Assembly: GCA_963722255.1 (NCBI GenBank)
Contig: CAVRJO010000001.1
Coordinates: forward strand, 448,001 to 512,000
Direction of reading: 5' to 3'
Origin: Candidatus Babeliales bacterium
Lineage (GTDB): Bacteria; Babelota; Babeliae; Babelales; JANWKD01
DNA length: 64,000 nt
Part shown: positions 10,129 through 20,136 of the stretch, piece after piece
Layout: each line of letters opens with the position of its first letter
How positions within the stretch are numbered: the stretch's first letter is position 1
Translations under genes and position numbers: made by a program
Notes under the pieces: generated by a model
What the model was told of the DNA's origin: nothing
Databases searched by the model: none
The model's input: only the letters and a program-made list of their open reading frames with translations

Positions 10129-10405
10129 ACACCAGCCTACGCCAAGGCTACGGCTGGCACGCCAATTTTTTTAAGGAATGGCAAATAGATTTTAATATGG
10201 CGTAGGCTGTCCGCCGAAATAAGCGAGCATTAGCGAGACACGAAGGCTGGACTGGCGAGGTCAATAATTTGGTGAATCCTTTTTTGTGCTACGCTTTACA
10301 AGCTTACGGCTGGCGCGGCCAGTTTTTTAAACGAAATGATATTAATAGAAAATTGATAGCGTTTGCTGTCCGCCGGAGCCTTGGCGCAGGAGGACTGGCA
10401 GGTCA
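10129..10405 (+). repeat. GC-rich structured repeat array (units A1,B1,A2,B2) upstream of GIY-YIG copy 1
   Basis: A units CCAGCCTACGCCAAGGCTACGGCTGGCACGCCAATTTTTTTAA; B units GCGTAGGCTGTCCGCCG...GGACTGGC, partly reverse-complementary to A. Confidence 0.85.
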
Positions 10406-10424
10406 GTTATTTAGGGACTTTACA

Positions 10425-10667
10425 GTGCATTATGTATACATAATTCAATCTTTAAATCTTCAAGATCAAATATATGTTGGCTGTACCGAAGATTTAAAAA
10501 AACGTCTTTCAAATCACAATACAGGCACTACACCCCATACAGCAAAATATTTACCTTGGAAATTAATTTTTTATGCAGGCTTTGAAAATAAGTTTAAAGC
10601 GTATGAATTTGAGAAATTTTTAAAATCTGGTTCTGGTAGAGAATTTAGAAATAAGAGATTGTTATGA
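10425..10667 (+). CDS. small GIY-YIG nuclease (YhbQ/UPF0213-like), copy 1
   Basis: GTG start; HYVYIIQS...YVGCT.DL.KRL..HN.G...T....PW.L..Y..F.....A..FE..LKSGSGR; 80 aa. Confidence 0.92.
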   Translation: MHYVYIIQSLNLQDQIYVGCTEDLKKRLSNHNTGTTPHTAKYLPWKLIFYAGFENKFKAYEFEKFLKSGSGREFRNKRLL

Positions 10668-11140
10668 ATATAAAAAATATTAAGCTCTTTGAGCCCTTAT
10701 GTAAATTTCTTCTTTCTATTTTGTTTATTAAATTTACAATTAGCATCATGCATAACTCTACTTTTGAAATTTCTTGGCAAAGCTTTCTTTTTATTGTACT
10801 TATTTTTGTAAGCATCAATATGCCCAGAATTATTAGGCTATTCATTGGAGCTGAAGGATTGGAAATTGAATTGGATAAAATTGAAACAACAAAAAAAGAG
10901 ATTATTGAAATTCAAAAAGATATCAAAAATACATATAAACAAATGTTGCATTTGTTTGTTGCTTTCATAGAAAGCACAAAACGGCAAACCTGGAGCGGAC
11001 CGCCTAATTATGATGAATTAATTTCAATGATTAATGCAAATTGCAAGAATCAAGGCTTTACTAAAACTGACACAGATTATGTTTTTGCGCATAAAACTTT
11101 ATGGGAAGAAAAAGACAAAAAAACAAATAAAAGAAATTAA
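10664..11140 (+). CDS. hypothetical membrane protein (2 TM + coiled coil)
   Basis: ATGA overlap with the GIY-YIG stop; two hydrophobic helices. Confidence 0.65.
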   Translation: MNIKNIKLFEPLCKFLLSILFIKFTISIMHNSTFEISWQSFLFIVLIFVSINMPRIIRLFIGAEGLEIELDKIETTKKEIIEIQKDIKNTYKQMLHLFVAFIESTKRQTWSGPPNYDELISMINANCKNQGFTKTDTDYVFAHKTLWEEKDKKTNKRN

Positions 11141-11525
11141 ACTCTAATTGGATGAACTTTTTTATCAAAAATAATCTTTTGAAAAATATCTTACTTTCTT
11201 TTCTTAATGTTTATGGTTATTGAAAACCATCCTTGGATTCGGAACAAATAAAATTGGTTAAGCTGTGTAACAGCTCTCTTGCTCATCAGCATATGTTTCA
11301 GCGGAAATAGGATTGCATGAAGCAAACCAATTTAGTGGGGTACGATGCAGAATCTGAGTTCTGTTGAGCAAGGACATGAGCGTTCCTTTGAAGAAGAGAG
11401 TACTTTGATTACTACAGGAAGAAGTATATGCGATTTGGAAATAAATACAATGAATACTGAGCAAAACCGTTAATACTGGATACCACTAAGTGACACTTTT
11501 CTTTTTTTACTTTAAAGACTTCAAA

Positions 11526-12302
11526 CTAAGATTTTTTTAGGTGATCTTTAATAGCATTAGCGATATCAATATATTTATTACTATCATAGCGGGAACAACC
11601 GGCAGCTTTTTTTTCAGCATCGTCAAGCGCTCTTTTGCATATATCAATTGTAGAATAAGGAAGAAGAGCTTTAACAATATCAGTACGGCCATATTCTGCA
11701 GCATACATGAGTGCTGTTTGTCCATTATGATCTTTAGCATTAAGATCAGCTCCAGCAGCTATAAGAGCTTTAACAATATCAGTACGGCCATATTCTGCAG
11801 CTATTATGAGTGCAGTAGAATAATCATTACTTTTAGCATTAAGATCAGCTCCAGCAGCTATAAGAGCTTTAATGATATCAGTATGGCCGTTTTTTGCAGC
11901 TACTATGAGTGCTGTTTTTCCGTACCCATTATCTTTAGCATTAAGATCAGCTCCAGCAGCTATAAGAGCTTTAATGATATCAGTATGGCCTTTTGCTGCA
12001 GCATGTATGAGTGCTGTCCAATTATAATTATTTTTAGCATTAACATCAGCTCCAGCAGCTATAAGAGCTTTAACAATATCAGTACGGCCATATTGTGCAG
12101 CAAACATGAGTGCTGTGTACCCATCATCTTTAGTATTAACATCAGCTCCAGCAGCTATAAGAGTTTTAACAGCTTCGGTATTGCCATTTATCGCGGCATC
12201 AAAGAGTTGATCGCCAAGATCTCTTTGCGTTAAAGCGGATGCAGTAGAAGCAGCAAAAAGCGCAAGAGTTAGCATTAGTAGAGCATTTTTTAACAATTTC
12301 AT
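11526..12302 (-). CDS. secreted ankyrin-repeat protein
   Basis: Signal peptide plus about 6 near-identical repeats TALxxAA..G.TDI.KALIAAGADxNAK. Confidence 0.95.
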   Translation of the reverse strand: MKLLKNALLMLTLALFAASTASALTQRDLGDQLFDAAINGNTEAVKTLIAAGADVNTKDDGYTALMFAAQYGRTDIVKALIAAGADVNAKNNYNWTALIHAAAKGHTDIIKALIAAGADLNAKDNGYGKTALIVAAKNGHTDIIKALIAAGADLNAKSNDYSTALIIAAEYGRTDIVKALIAAGADLNAKDHNGQTALMYAAEYGRTDIVKALLPYSTIDICKRALDDAEKKAAGCSRYDSNKYIDIANAIKDHLKKS

Positions 12303-12620
12303 AATAAAAATCCAATAAATAACGTGTTTGAAAAGTGCTATCCGAAATTAAAATGAGCAGTCAAATAGCTCCAAAATTATTAAATTAGAATAGCGGTGAC
12401 CAAAATAGAAACCCCAGTGAAAAAATTCTGCCTTATTATTTTTGGAAAGTCAAACCCGGGAATGCACCAATCACTTGCAAAGTGTTCGATTCTATAAAAT
12501 TGATGAATAATAATTCTAGTAAATTTTTAGCTCAATATTTAACTCTCGAAACACCGTCTGGACATGCTGTAACGTAAAATCTATAATTATAGTATTGTTT
12601 CTGAATGCATCCACTATGTG

Positions 12621-12756
12621 ACACCAGCCTACGCCAAGGCTCCGGCTGGCACGCCAATTTTTTTAAGGAATGGCAAATAGATTTTGTAGCGTAGGCTGTC
12701 CGCCGTAGCTTGCCAAGCCGGAAGGCGTGGATAAGCGAAGGCTGGACTGGCAGGCC
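12621..12756 (+). repeat. second copy of structured repeat (A3,B3) upstream of GIY-YIG copy 2
   Basis: 12621-12685 matches 10129-10193 at 64/65 nt; B unit follows. Confidence 0.9.
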
Positions 12757-12792
12757 ATTCTCTAATAAGTTTTTATCCTTTTGGTATATCAA

Positions 12793-13035
12793 ATGCATTA
12801 TGTATATATTATTCAATCAATTAATCACTCTAATGAGACATATGTTGGTTGCACTGAAAATTTAAAAAAACGTCTTTCTAATCACAATGCGGGTACAACT
12901 GCTCATACTGCCAAATACTTACCTTGGAAACTGATTTTTTATGCTGCTTTTGAAGATAAAATTAAAGCGTATGAGTTTGAAGAATTTTTAAAATCAGGAT
13001 CGGGTAGGGAATTTAGAAATAAAAAATTAATATGA
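12793..13035 (+). CDS. small GIY-YIG nuclease, copy 2
   Basis: 80 aa; 65/80 residues identical to copy 1 by manual alignment. Confidence 0.92.
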   Translation: MHYVYIIQSINHSNETYVGCTENLKKRLSNHNAGTTAHTAKYLPWKLIFYAAFEDKIKAYEFEEFLKSGSGREFRNKKLI

Positions 13036-13137
13036 ATTTCACTAAAGCTTCAGCTGGCAAGCCAGTTTTTTAATGAAGGTGAGTAAAGTTAAACCAAAAT
13101 CTTTTATAGCAAAAGCTATTAGTCGAAAGCCTCTGAC

Positions 13138-13854
13138 ATGAAAATTATTTTCGCACGGTACAATAAATTATTAGTTTTAATTGTGATTCAATTTGGTTTT
13201 GCAAACTATCTCAATGCAGTAGAACATCCCTTTAATGACCCAGAAGCTCAAATTCAAGCTTACGATTTATTCAAAAACTTTGGTATAATGGATACCCCAT
13301 TCATTATACCAAAGAATCTTTCAAATGTAGCTCTAAACAGATTTGAAGTAGATAAGACAGGTATGCACATCTCCATTATTGTTGACCGTAAATCTTGGAA
13401 AATGCTCAATGAAATGGAGCGTGAATTTGTATTATGTCATGAGATCAGCCATATTAAGAGGAAACATTATATAGTAGCGTTGCTTTCTTACTTATTAAGA
13501 AATATAGCAGTCACTTTAGTTCCTCTTGTGACGATTCATCATCTTGATAAGCACAATTATAAAGCATTATCTAATTTGACGACCAAAATATCTATTTCTA
13601 TTTTAATTACAGCAATAATAAAATTTTGCTCTTTAGTTTTAGATGCTAAAATAGCTCGTGAATTAGAATATCAAGCGGATAAAGATGCACTATTTATGAC
13701 CAAAAATTTACAAACTGGAATAGAAGCCCTTAAAAAAAGAAACCTTATAAAGAGCGATGAAGTAGATTTTTGGGGATCTCTTTTTACAGATCACCCTAGT
13801 ACTGATGAGAGAATTAAAAAGCTTAATCAACTTGCGTCAAAGCTAAAGCTTTGA
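13138..13854 (+). CDS. M48 (HtpX/Ste24-like) zinc metalloprotease
   Basis: HEISH, E..AD and HPS..ERI motifs; TM helices. Confidence 0.85.
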   Translation: MKIIFARYNKLLVLIVIQFGFANYLNAVEHPFNDPEAQIQAYDLFKNFGIMDTPFIIPKNLSNVALNRFEVDKTGMHISIIVDRKSWKMLNEMEREFVLCHEISHIKRKHYIVALLSYLLRNIAVTLVPLVTIHHLDKHNYKALSNLTTKISISILITAIIKFCSLVLDAKIARELEYQADKDALFMTKNLQTGIEALKKRNLIKSDEVDFWGSLFTDHPSTDERIKKLNQLASKLKL

Positions 13855-13995
13855 ATAATATCAAAATCTTTGCTTTTGCAATAGGCGCATAACTTGGGCT
13901 GGCAATGACAAGCCCGCTTCTTTTTGTTCTTCTGTGCTAACACGAGCAATGACGATGGCTTTCATGATTAAAAAGCAATTTTAGGAGTATTTTCG

Positions 13996-14811
13996 ATGAG
14001 CACAAAATTCCAAATATTTATAATTTCTTTATTGCTTTGGGGAGCATTAAAAACTGAAATTCAACCTGAAGCATATCACGAAAGCAATGTTAGACAATTG
14101 AAATTTGCAAAACAAGAACTTAATAAATTAAATTTTTCAGACAAAGAAAAGATTTTAGATATTGGATCTGGTGATGGTCAAATATCATGCTATATAGCAA
14201 AAGAGTTTATTCCAAACGGACAACTTGTTGGTATTGATACTAGTGCAGAAATGATTACCTTTGCTTCTTCACACAAAACAAGTCCCAATGTTTCTTATAT
14301 TTGCGTAAATGCTTTGGATTATAGAGCTCCCGAAGAATACAATGTCATTGTTTCATTTTCTACCTTGCATTGGATTGAGCCCTATTCAAAAGTTTTGGAA
14401 AATATCGCTCAATCATTAAAGCCTGGGGGCTATGCCCTTCTTTGTCATGGCATTGAAACTCCACCTTTTCCACCAATAATACATAAATTACTTACTACGC
14501 AAAAATGGCAAGCATATCAAAATAATGCCGAAGTTCTTAAATATCCATCTTTAATTAATGTTGCTTCTGCTATTGAAAAATCAGGGCTATCTATTGAAAA
14601 CTTAGAAGTAAAAAAATATGATAAATGGATATCGCCTGATCTTCTGATCAAAAATTGGCTTTCATTGCCTCTTTTTGATTTTATTCCGGTCAATTTGCGT
14701 GAAGAATTTTGCAAAGAGATTTTGAAAGAATATATAAAACAAAATCCGCTTAATGATAAAAATGAATTGCTTCATTGGAGTCCAGTTGTCGTGATGGTTC
14801 TTAAAAAGTAA
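13996..14811 (+). CDS. class I SAM-dependent methyltransferase (trans-aconitate MTase-like)
   Basis: ILDIGSGDG, GIDTSAEMI, SFSTLHW, LKPGG motifs. Confidence 0.88.
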   Translation: MSTKFQIFIISLLLWGALKTEIQPEAYHESNVRQLKFAKQELNKLNFSDKEKILDIGSGDGQISCYIAKEFIPNGQLVGIDTSAEMITFASSHKTSPNVSYICVNALDYRAPEEYNVIVSFSTLHWIEPYSKVLENIAQSLKPGGYALLCHGIETPPFPPIIHKLLTTQKWQAYQNNAEVLKYPSLINVASAIEKSGLSIENLEVKKYDKWISPDLLIKNWLSLPLFDFIPVNLREEFCKEILKEYIKQNPLNDKNELLHWSPVVVMVLKK

Positions 14812-14984
14812 TTCAGAATAATTTATATTTAGGAACATTGGAAATAATTGCACGAAGCATTTTTAACTATTTTTTATCAGAAACTTGATTTGAAAAATTG
14901 TCATAGTTATATTGTTGTACGGTTGAAATATTTTTTAACTATTGAGAAAATACTTATTCATTTAAAAGCCAAAAAAGGAACATT

Positions 14985-15614
14985 GTGATACAGCTTGTAT
15001 GTTTTTTACTTTTGCTATCAGTTTATTCTTTAAGCTTTTTTCCTGCACTACCAATGGAGGAAAGTCGTGAAATATTATATTCTCCAGCATATAGTGCAAA
15101 TGCAAACCATGGTCATATAGAAGAAATGGCTTATATTATAGAAAGGCATCTAGAATCGGGTGGCTATTTAGATAGCAAAGAAGATCTCGCTCAACAACTC
15201 GACACTATCAAAAGAAATGAGCATTTTAAAACAGCTGTTGAGTGGTTTGCGCGATATTACATTAGAGTTCGTCAGGATGCTGCTTGCTATGATGATCCAA
15301 AAGCAGTGGCTGATAGGGTGGAAGATTATTTAGAAAAGCAACCATTTGCTCAAGCAATAAGCAGCAATATATCAAAACAAGAACTTAATAAAATATATCT
15401 TGAACAACTACCATGGGTTGAGCAAATAACAGAGGACCCTTTCTTTCCTGCTCCTGTCATTGGTTTTTATCTCACAGATCCATACGATCTACATCCAGAT
15501 GATAAATCTATAATTCTACGCAACTATCCAATTCCACAACACCCGAGTCAAGAAAAAAGACAAAATGCACTTCTAGAATTCAAACAATGGCTAACTTGGG
15601 TAACTCAAGAATAA
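14985..15614 (+). CDS. hypothetical secreted protein
   Basis: GTG start with AAGGA RBS; signal peptide followed by MEE. Confidence 0.7.
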   Translation: MIQLVCFLLLLSVYSLSFFPALPMEESREILYSPAYSANANHGHIEEMAYIIERHLESGGYLDSKEDLAQQLDTIKRNEHFKTAVEWFARYYIRVRQDAACYDDPKAVADRVEDYLEKQPFAQAISSNISKQELNKIYLEQLPWVEQITEDPFFPAPVIGFYLTDPYDLHPDDKSIILRNYPIPQHPSQEKRQNALLEFKQWLTWVTQE

Positions 15615-15788
15615 TTCTTTATAGCACTTTTATATAAGTAAAGAACTTGCTCAACTTATCAATGGAACTACATTTAGTCGTTGGAAAAAATTTTAAATTG
15701 ATAGATTTACACTATAATTGATATGGTAGTAAAATTTTGATACATTTTAAAGAAATTAAGAAATATACTTTTAAAAAGGATTAGATAT

Positions 15789-16094
15789 ATGAAAATAAAA
15801 TTGTTCAAAGTATGTACCATGTTAATTAGCAGCTTGATAACGAGCTCAATGATTAATGCAATGGATTTAAAAGAAGTAAGCTGTGAAAGATGGGTTAACG
15901 TACTTAAAAATAATGGCATACTAAGCCCTAAAGCAGAACAATGTGCTGCATTATTACCAATTTTTTTACAAAAAAACCCAAAAAGTGATGCCGAGCTTTC
16001 AACACTTCGCACAAAGCCTCCTGTTATGCAGTCTTTTATATTGCAAGATCTTTGTACAAAGCTAATGGAAGCATCACAAAAAGGTGAATTATAA
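15789..16094 (+). CDS. hypothetical secreted protein
   Basis: AAGGA RBS; signal peptide ending INA-MDL. Confidence 0.65.
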   Translation: MKIKLFKVCTMLISSLITSSMINAMDLKEVSCERWVNVLKNNGILSPKAEQCAALLPIFLQKNPKSDAELSTLRTKPPVMQSFILQDLCTKLMEASQKGEL

Positions 16095-16216
16095 TCATAG
16101 CAAGAGCATCTTTTGACAAAAATACTATTTATCTTTGGGTAAAAAAACTCCACCGCTGTCTGCAATGTTGTTTTTTAAGGTATAACCCCACTCATTTAGG
16201 CACAAATATTTATATT

Positions 16217-16885
16217 TCATTTTTTTAAGAAAATGTTCATATCAGAGTACCACCAATGAACACCAGCAAAAAAGCAAAAAAGACCCAAAATAGGAATAAT
16301 AACGGGAATTTGATTATCTATTGAAGGCTTAACTTCTTCATATTCAATAGGGTTTTCAGAGGCAATAATCTTTTCTAATTCGAACAATAACTCATCTTTA
16401 GATTTTCTACCCTTAATTTTACCCCACACTTTTCCGTTTTTAAAAACAAGAAAGCTAGGAACTGCTTCAACATTATACTCTTTCATTATTCCAGGATGAT
16501 CACTGCCATCAATAGCAGCAAATACATAACCGTCTTTTTGTTTTGCAAGTTCTTCAAAAATCGGCTTCATATATTTACATGGTGTACACCACGTAGCATA
16601 AAAATCAACAACAACCGGTTTTGATTCATTACGCACTAATTCAAAAAAGCTTGTTTCAGTATGGAGCTCAATAACTTGAGCACGATTGGCCTCAGATTTT
16701 ATTTGTTTGTCATGCTGTGCATTCTTAGGTTTATAAGCACAAACACCATCTTTGCACTTCATTTCATTTTCTGCATGAACAGTTATTTTCGTTTGATCTT
16801 TTTCTTCTGTTTCCATGGCTTTTACACCAATGCTTACTGTTGCTCCTAATAATAAGAGCATACATAGGTTAAGTTTAGTTTTCAT
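16217..16885 (-). CDS. exported thioredoxin-domain protein with C-terminal TM anchor
   Basis: VVDFYATWCTPCK active site; signal peptide; C-terminal hydrophobic helix. Confidence 0.88.
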   Translation of the reverse strand: MKTKLNLCMLLLLGATVSIGVKAMETEEKDQTKITVHAENEMKCKDGVCAYKPKNAQHDKQIKSEANRAQVIELHTETSFFELVRNESKPVVVDFYATWCTPCKYMKPIFEELAKQKDGYVFAAIDGSDHPGIMKEYNVEAVPSFLVFKNGKVWGKIKGRKSKDELLFELEKIIASENPIEYEEVKPSIDNQIPVIIPILGLFCFFAGVHWWYSDMNIFLKK

Positions 16886-18958
16886 TGAGACCTCCAAAGG
16901 ATAATTTTACTATTAAAGAATGCTATATCCTCATAGAGTAGCATAAATCTCAAATTTGTCAATTCAGCTATTAATATAATTTATAATTCATAAAGTATAT
17001 TTTATTCTAATTGGATTTAACAAAAAGGGCTAGGAGGTTATACTGCATTAGCTTTAATTGTAAAAAAAAATCAGGTTCAAAGTATGTTATCATGAGCCAT
17101 TATCCTCCTACTAATAATTCAGATCAAGTAAATAGACTGAAAAATGCATTAAACAAGCTGCAAAATCATCCAAATGATCAAATCTCAGATAACTATCTTA
17201 TTGTAGTAGTTCCTAGCGAATGGTCACTAGAACTGACGCAGCCAATCCTTTAAAAAACTTATCCGTCGAAATTTTTAGGAAAACTAAATTTCTCTTGTAA
17301 CTTTTTATTTTCTACCTATTAGAAAAATAAGATATTTACTTTTAAATAGTATATTTGTTAAAATTTTAATATGCAATTATGCAATAAATTAATAAATAGT
17401 GATTTATAAGGTAAATTAGATGAAAAATTTTATTTTTTATGGCATTTTTGCCCTATTGTTTATGTCAGGAGAAGTTCATGCAATGGAGGAAAGAAAAAGA
17501 AAAGAGCCTGAAAAAGAGGAACCAGCGCAAACACGTCCAGAACTACAACAACCTCCCATTAAACGTCGAAGAATAATTTCAAAACCTACAAAAGTTAAAA
17601 CTTTAAAAGAAATTTCAAAACAAAAGTTTATTGAAGTAGCACCTGAAGTTGAAAATTTATCTGAACTTTTGGCATCAATTCCCGCTGAAGAATTACGACA
17701 ACAGATAAAAGCTGAATTTCAAAAAAGATTACCCTTTGAAGAAACCAGACTTCATAATGCAAGATCTGAACAAGAAATTGAAAATCTTTTAATACTCGGT
17801 GTTAATCCAAATTTGCAAGATAGAAGTGCCAAAACTGCTTTAAATGCTCTTATTGATAAAGGTCACCTTGATGCAGCATTTCATTTAGTTTCAATTGCTC
17901 ATGAGGCAATTCCTTACCAAAATATTCCTTTAGAAAAATTAGAAAAAGACGAAAGTATAAAACCGATAATTAAAGCACTTTTAATTGCAACACAAGGAAA
18001 TGGTCTTGATGTAAGCACTCCTGATGTTTATAAAGTTACTCCTTTACAAAGAGCTATTCAACATGAAGATTTAGAATTAGCAGTTGAAATTATTGAAATT
18101 CTTAAGCAACAACAAAAGATAGATTCAATTTATGATGTAAACCTAGCAGATATGACAGCATTAACATTAGCTATTCTTTATTTGCCTCAGCTTATTACCA
18201 CCTTCAAAGAATTAGGTATAGACTTAACGATAAAAGATGAAGCTGGAAATCCTTCACTACTTTTCCTTGCAGTAAAAAATGATAAAGCAGATGCAATAAA
18301 ATATTTAATTAATGCAGGAATAGATATCAATGAAAAAAACAATGATGGCATCAGCGCTTTAATGGGTGCAGCATCTAATAATTCACCATTAATTAAATTG
18401 CTCCTTGAAAATGGGGCCGATCCTAATGCAATGAATAATAATGGCGGAACTGTTTTAATGTTTGCAAGATTGCATCCAGAAGTAATAAAACTACTTTTGG
18501 ATGCAGGTGCTCAAATTAATAAACAAGATATATTTGGTAACACTACACTTATACATGCAATAGTAGATAATATAGAATCAGCAAAACTACTCATTAATGC
18601 CGGAGCAAATATTGCTTTGGAAGATCAGGAAGGTAAAACTGCCTTATTCATAGCAGCGACCGAAAATCCTAGCGCAATAGAACCTTTAATTAAAGCTGGT
18701 GCAGATCCTAATAAACCTAATAGTAAGGGAAAGCTTCCCTTATTTACTGCTGCAAAGAGAGGTGCATTAGAAGGTGTTAAAAAACTTTTGGAATTTGGTG
18801 CCAATCCCAATAAAAAAAGTAGAACAAGTTCTATGCAATTTAAAACTCCTTTAGAAATTGCTATAATATAATGAACCCCAGAAACTTGACACGATAAAAT
18901 TAAAAATGTGTTAGTTTTTAATGAACATGAAAGTGAACATTATTATCGGGGAATTTTT

Positions 18959-19234
18959 ATGGCAAGAAGATATAAAAAACATAGTAGTTCATTCAAAGCA
19001 AAAGTAGCTATAGATGCTATTAGAGAACAAAAAACTTTAAACGAACTAAGTCAGGAACATAGCATTGCTCCTGCACAAATCTCTATCTGGAAAAGACATG
19101 CTGAAGAAAATATGAGCAACCTTTTTGAGGGGAAACAAGAAAAGGACCAACAAGAGGAAATTGATAGGCTTTATCGAGTAATTGGTCAAATAACGGCAGA
19201 GCGTGATTTTTTAGAACGCTCGCTCAATCGATAG
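18959..19234 (+). CDS. IS3 transposase OrfA
   Basis: FKAKVAIDAI..QKTLNELS HTH; LYRVIGQIT.ERDFL. Confidence 0.9.
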   Translation: MARRYKKHSSSFKAKVAIDAIREQKTLNELSQEHSIAPAQISIWKRHAEENMSNLFEGKQEKDQQEEIDRLYRVIGQITAERDFLERSLNR

Positions 19235-19254
19235 ATTTAAAGCAGCGTAAGGAA

Positions 19255-20136
19255 ATGGTTGAGTGTGTAAATGAAGCAATAGACTTTAAAAGAAAATGTG
19301 AACTTTTAGATGTATCGAGAGGATCGATGTATTACAAGCCTAAACCTCAAAAAAATAATGATGCAATTATTATGAATGAGCTACGTGAAATTTATCAAGA
19401 AACGCCTTCCTATGGCTATCGGCGCATGACAGTAGCTTTAAGAGAAAATGGTTTTTTGGTTAATCATAAAAAAGTCTTTATGTTGCTTAAGATAGCGGGC
19501 ATCCAGGCCATTTACCCTCGCAAAAAAACAACCATACGAAATCAGGGGCACAAAGTATTTCCTTATTTATTGCGTGGGTTGCTTATTAATCGACCAAATC
19601 AGGTTTGGCAAGTAGATATAACCTATATAAAAATACGGGGTGGTTTTGTATATTTGGTTTGCTTAATTGATGTTTTTAGTCGAAAAATCATGGGATGGAA
19701 ATTGTCAATTTCTCTTGATACAGCGTTATGCATAGAGGCGTTCAATAGTGCTTTGCAACATGGTATTCCAGAAATTGTTAATAGCGACCAAGGATGTCAA
19801 TTTACCAGTGCTCTGTGGGTTGAATTAGTGCAACAATATGGAATTCAAATAAGTATGGATGGTAAAGGAAGATGGGCAGATAATGTTTATATTGAGAGGC
19901 TTTGGCGTACGATAAAATATGAGATGATACATTTGCATAGCTTTGATACAGTTCAACAGGTAAGAGATGCGCTTGCAAGTTACATTGTTTTTTATAATAC
20001 ACGACGTTATCATTCAAAGCTTAATTATCACGCACCAGACGCTATTTTCGCAAAAAAAATTATTCCATCTAAAAAAGAATTATTCGAAAGTTTTATAGCT
20101 TCACAAATTTATAAACTTGGAGCCGCTATGATTTAA
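19255..20136 (+). CDS. IS3 transposase OrfB (DDE integrase core), fused to OrfA by -1 frameshift
   Basis: YGYRR, WQVDITY, NSDQGCQF, DNVYIERLWRTIKYE; slippery T TTT TTA at 19207-19213 with open -1 frame. Confidence 0.92.
   Translation: MVECVNEAIDFKRKCELLDVSRGSMYYKPKPQKNNDAIIMNELREIYQETPSYGYRRMTVALRENGFLVNHKKVFMLLKIAGIQAIYPRKKTTIRNQGHKVFPYLLRGLLINRPNQVWQVDITYIKIRGGFVYLVCLIDVFSRKIMGWKLSISLDTALCIEAFNSALQHGIPEIVNSDQGCQFTSALWVELVQQYGIQISMDGKGRWADNVYIERLWRTIKYEMIHLHSFDTVQQVRDALASYIVFYNTRRYHSKLNYHAPDAIFAKKIIPSKKELFESFIASQIYKLGAAMI

Larger units (their letters stand above)
619..10134. mobile_element. tRNA-Arg-integrated element with large serine recombinase, primase and helicase (satellite-like/integrative element)
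   Basis: 10-bp direct repeat GGGCACACCA at 619-628 (tRNA 3' end) and 10125-10134; recombinase at left end; replication genes; no recognisable capsid or conjugation genes. Confidence 0.85.

Noticed and set aside
10129..10405. CRISPR array or second tRNA
   Set aside because: Units are degenerate, alternate in orientation and lack regular spacers; no cas genes; only the last 10 nt of the tRNA are present
10269..10424. N-terminal extension of GIY-YIG copy 1 in the ORF track
   Set aside because: Translates the repeat units; the paralog shows the true start is GTG at 10425
11258..11464. 68-aa ORF / possible gene remnant
   Set aside because: No RBS or recognisable motif; cannot support
11541..12233. 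230-aa plus-strand ORF with periodic repeats
   Set aside because: Antisense shadow of the ankyrin gene's roughly 99-bp repeats
12532..12816. 94-aa minus-strand ORF
   Set aside because: Antisense read through the structured repeat and the GIY-YIG start; no coding features
13895..13956. GGGCT..AGCCC hairpin and two GCAATGAC motifs as REP remnants
   Set aside because: Too degenerate to call; could be a weak terminator
17011..17253. 80-aa ORF
   Set aside because: TTG start, no motif or clear RBS; possibly a fragment but unsupported
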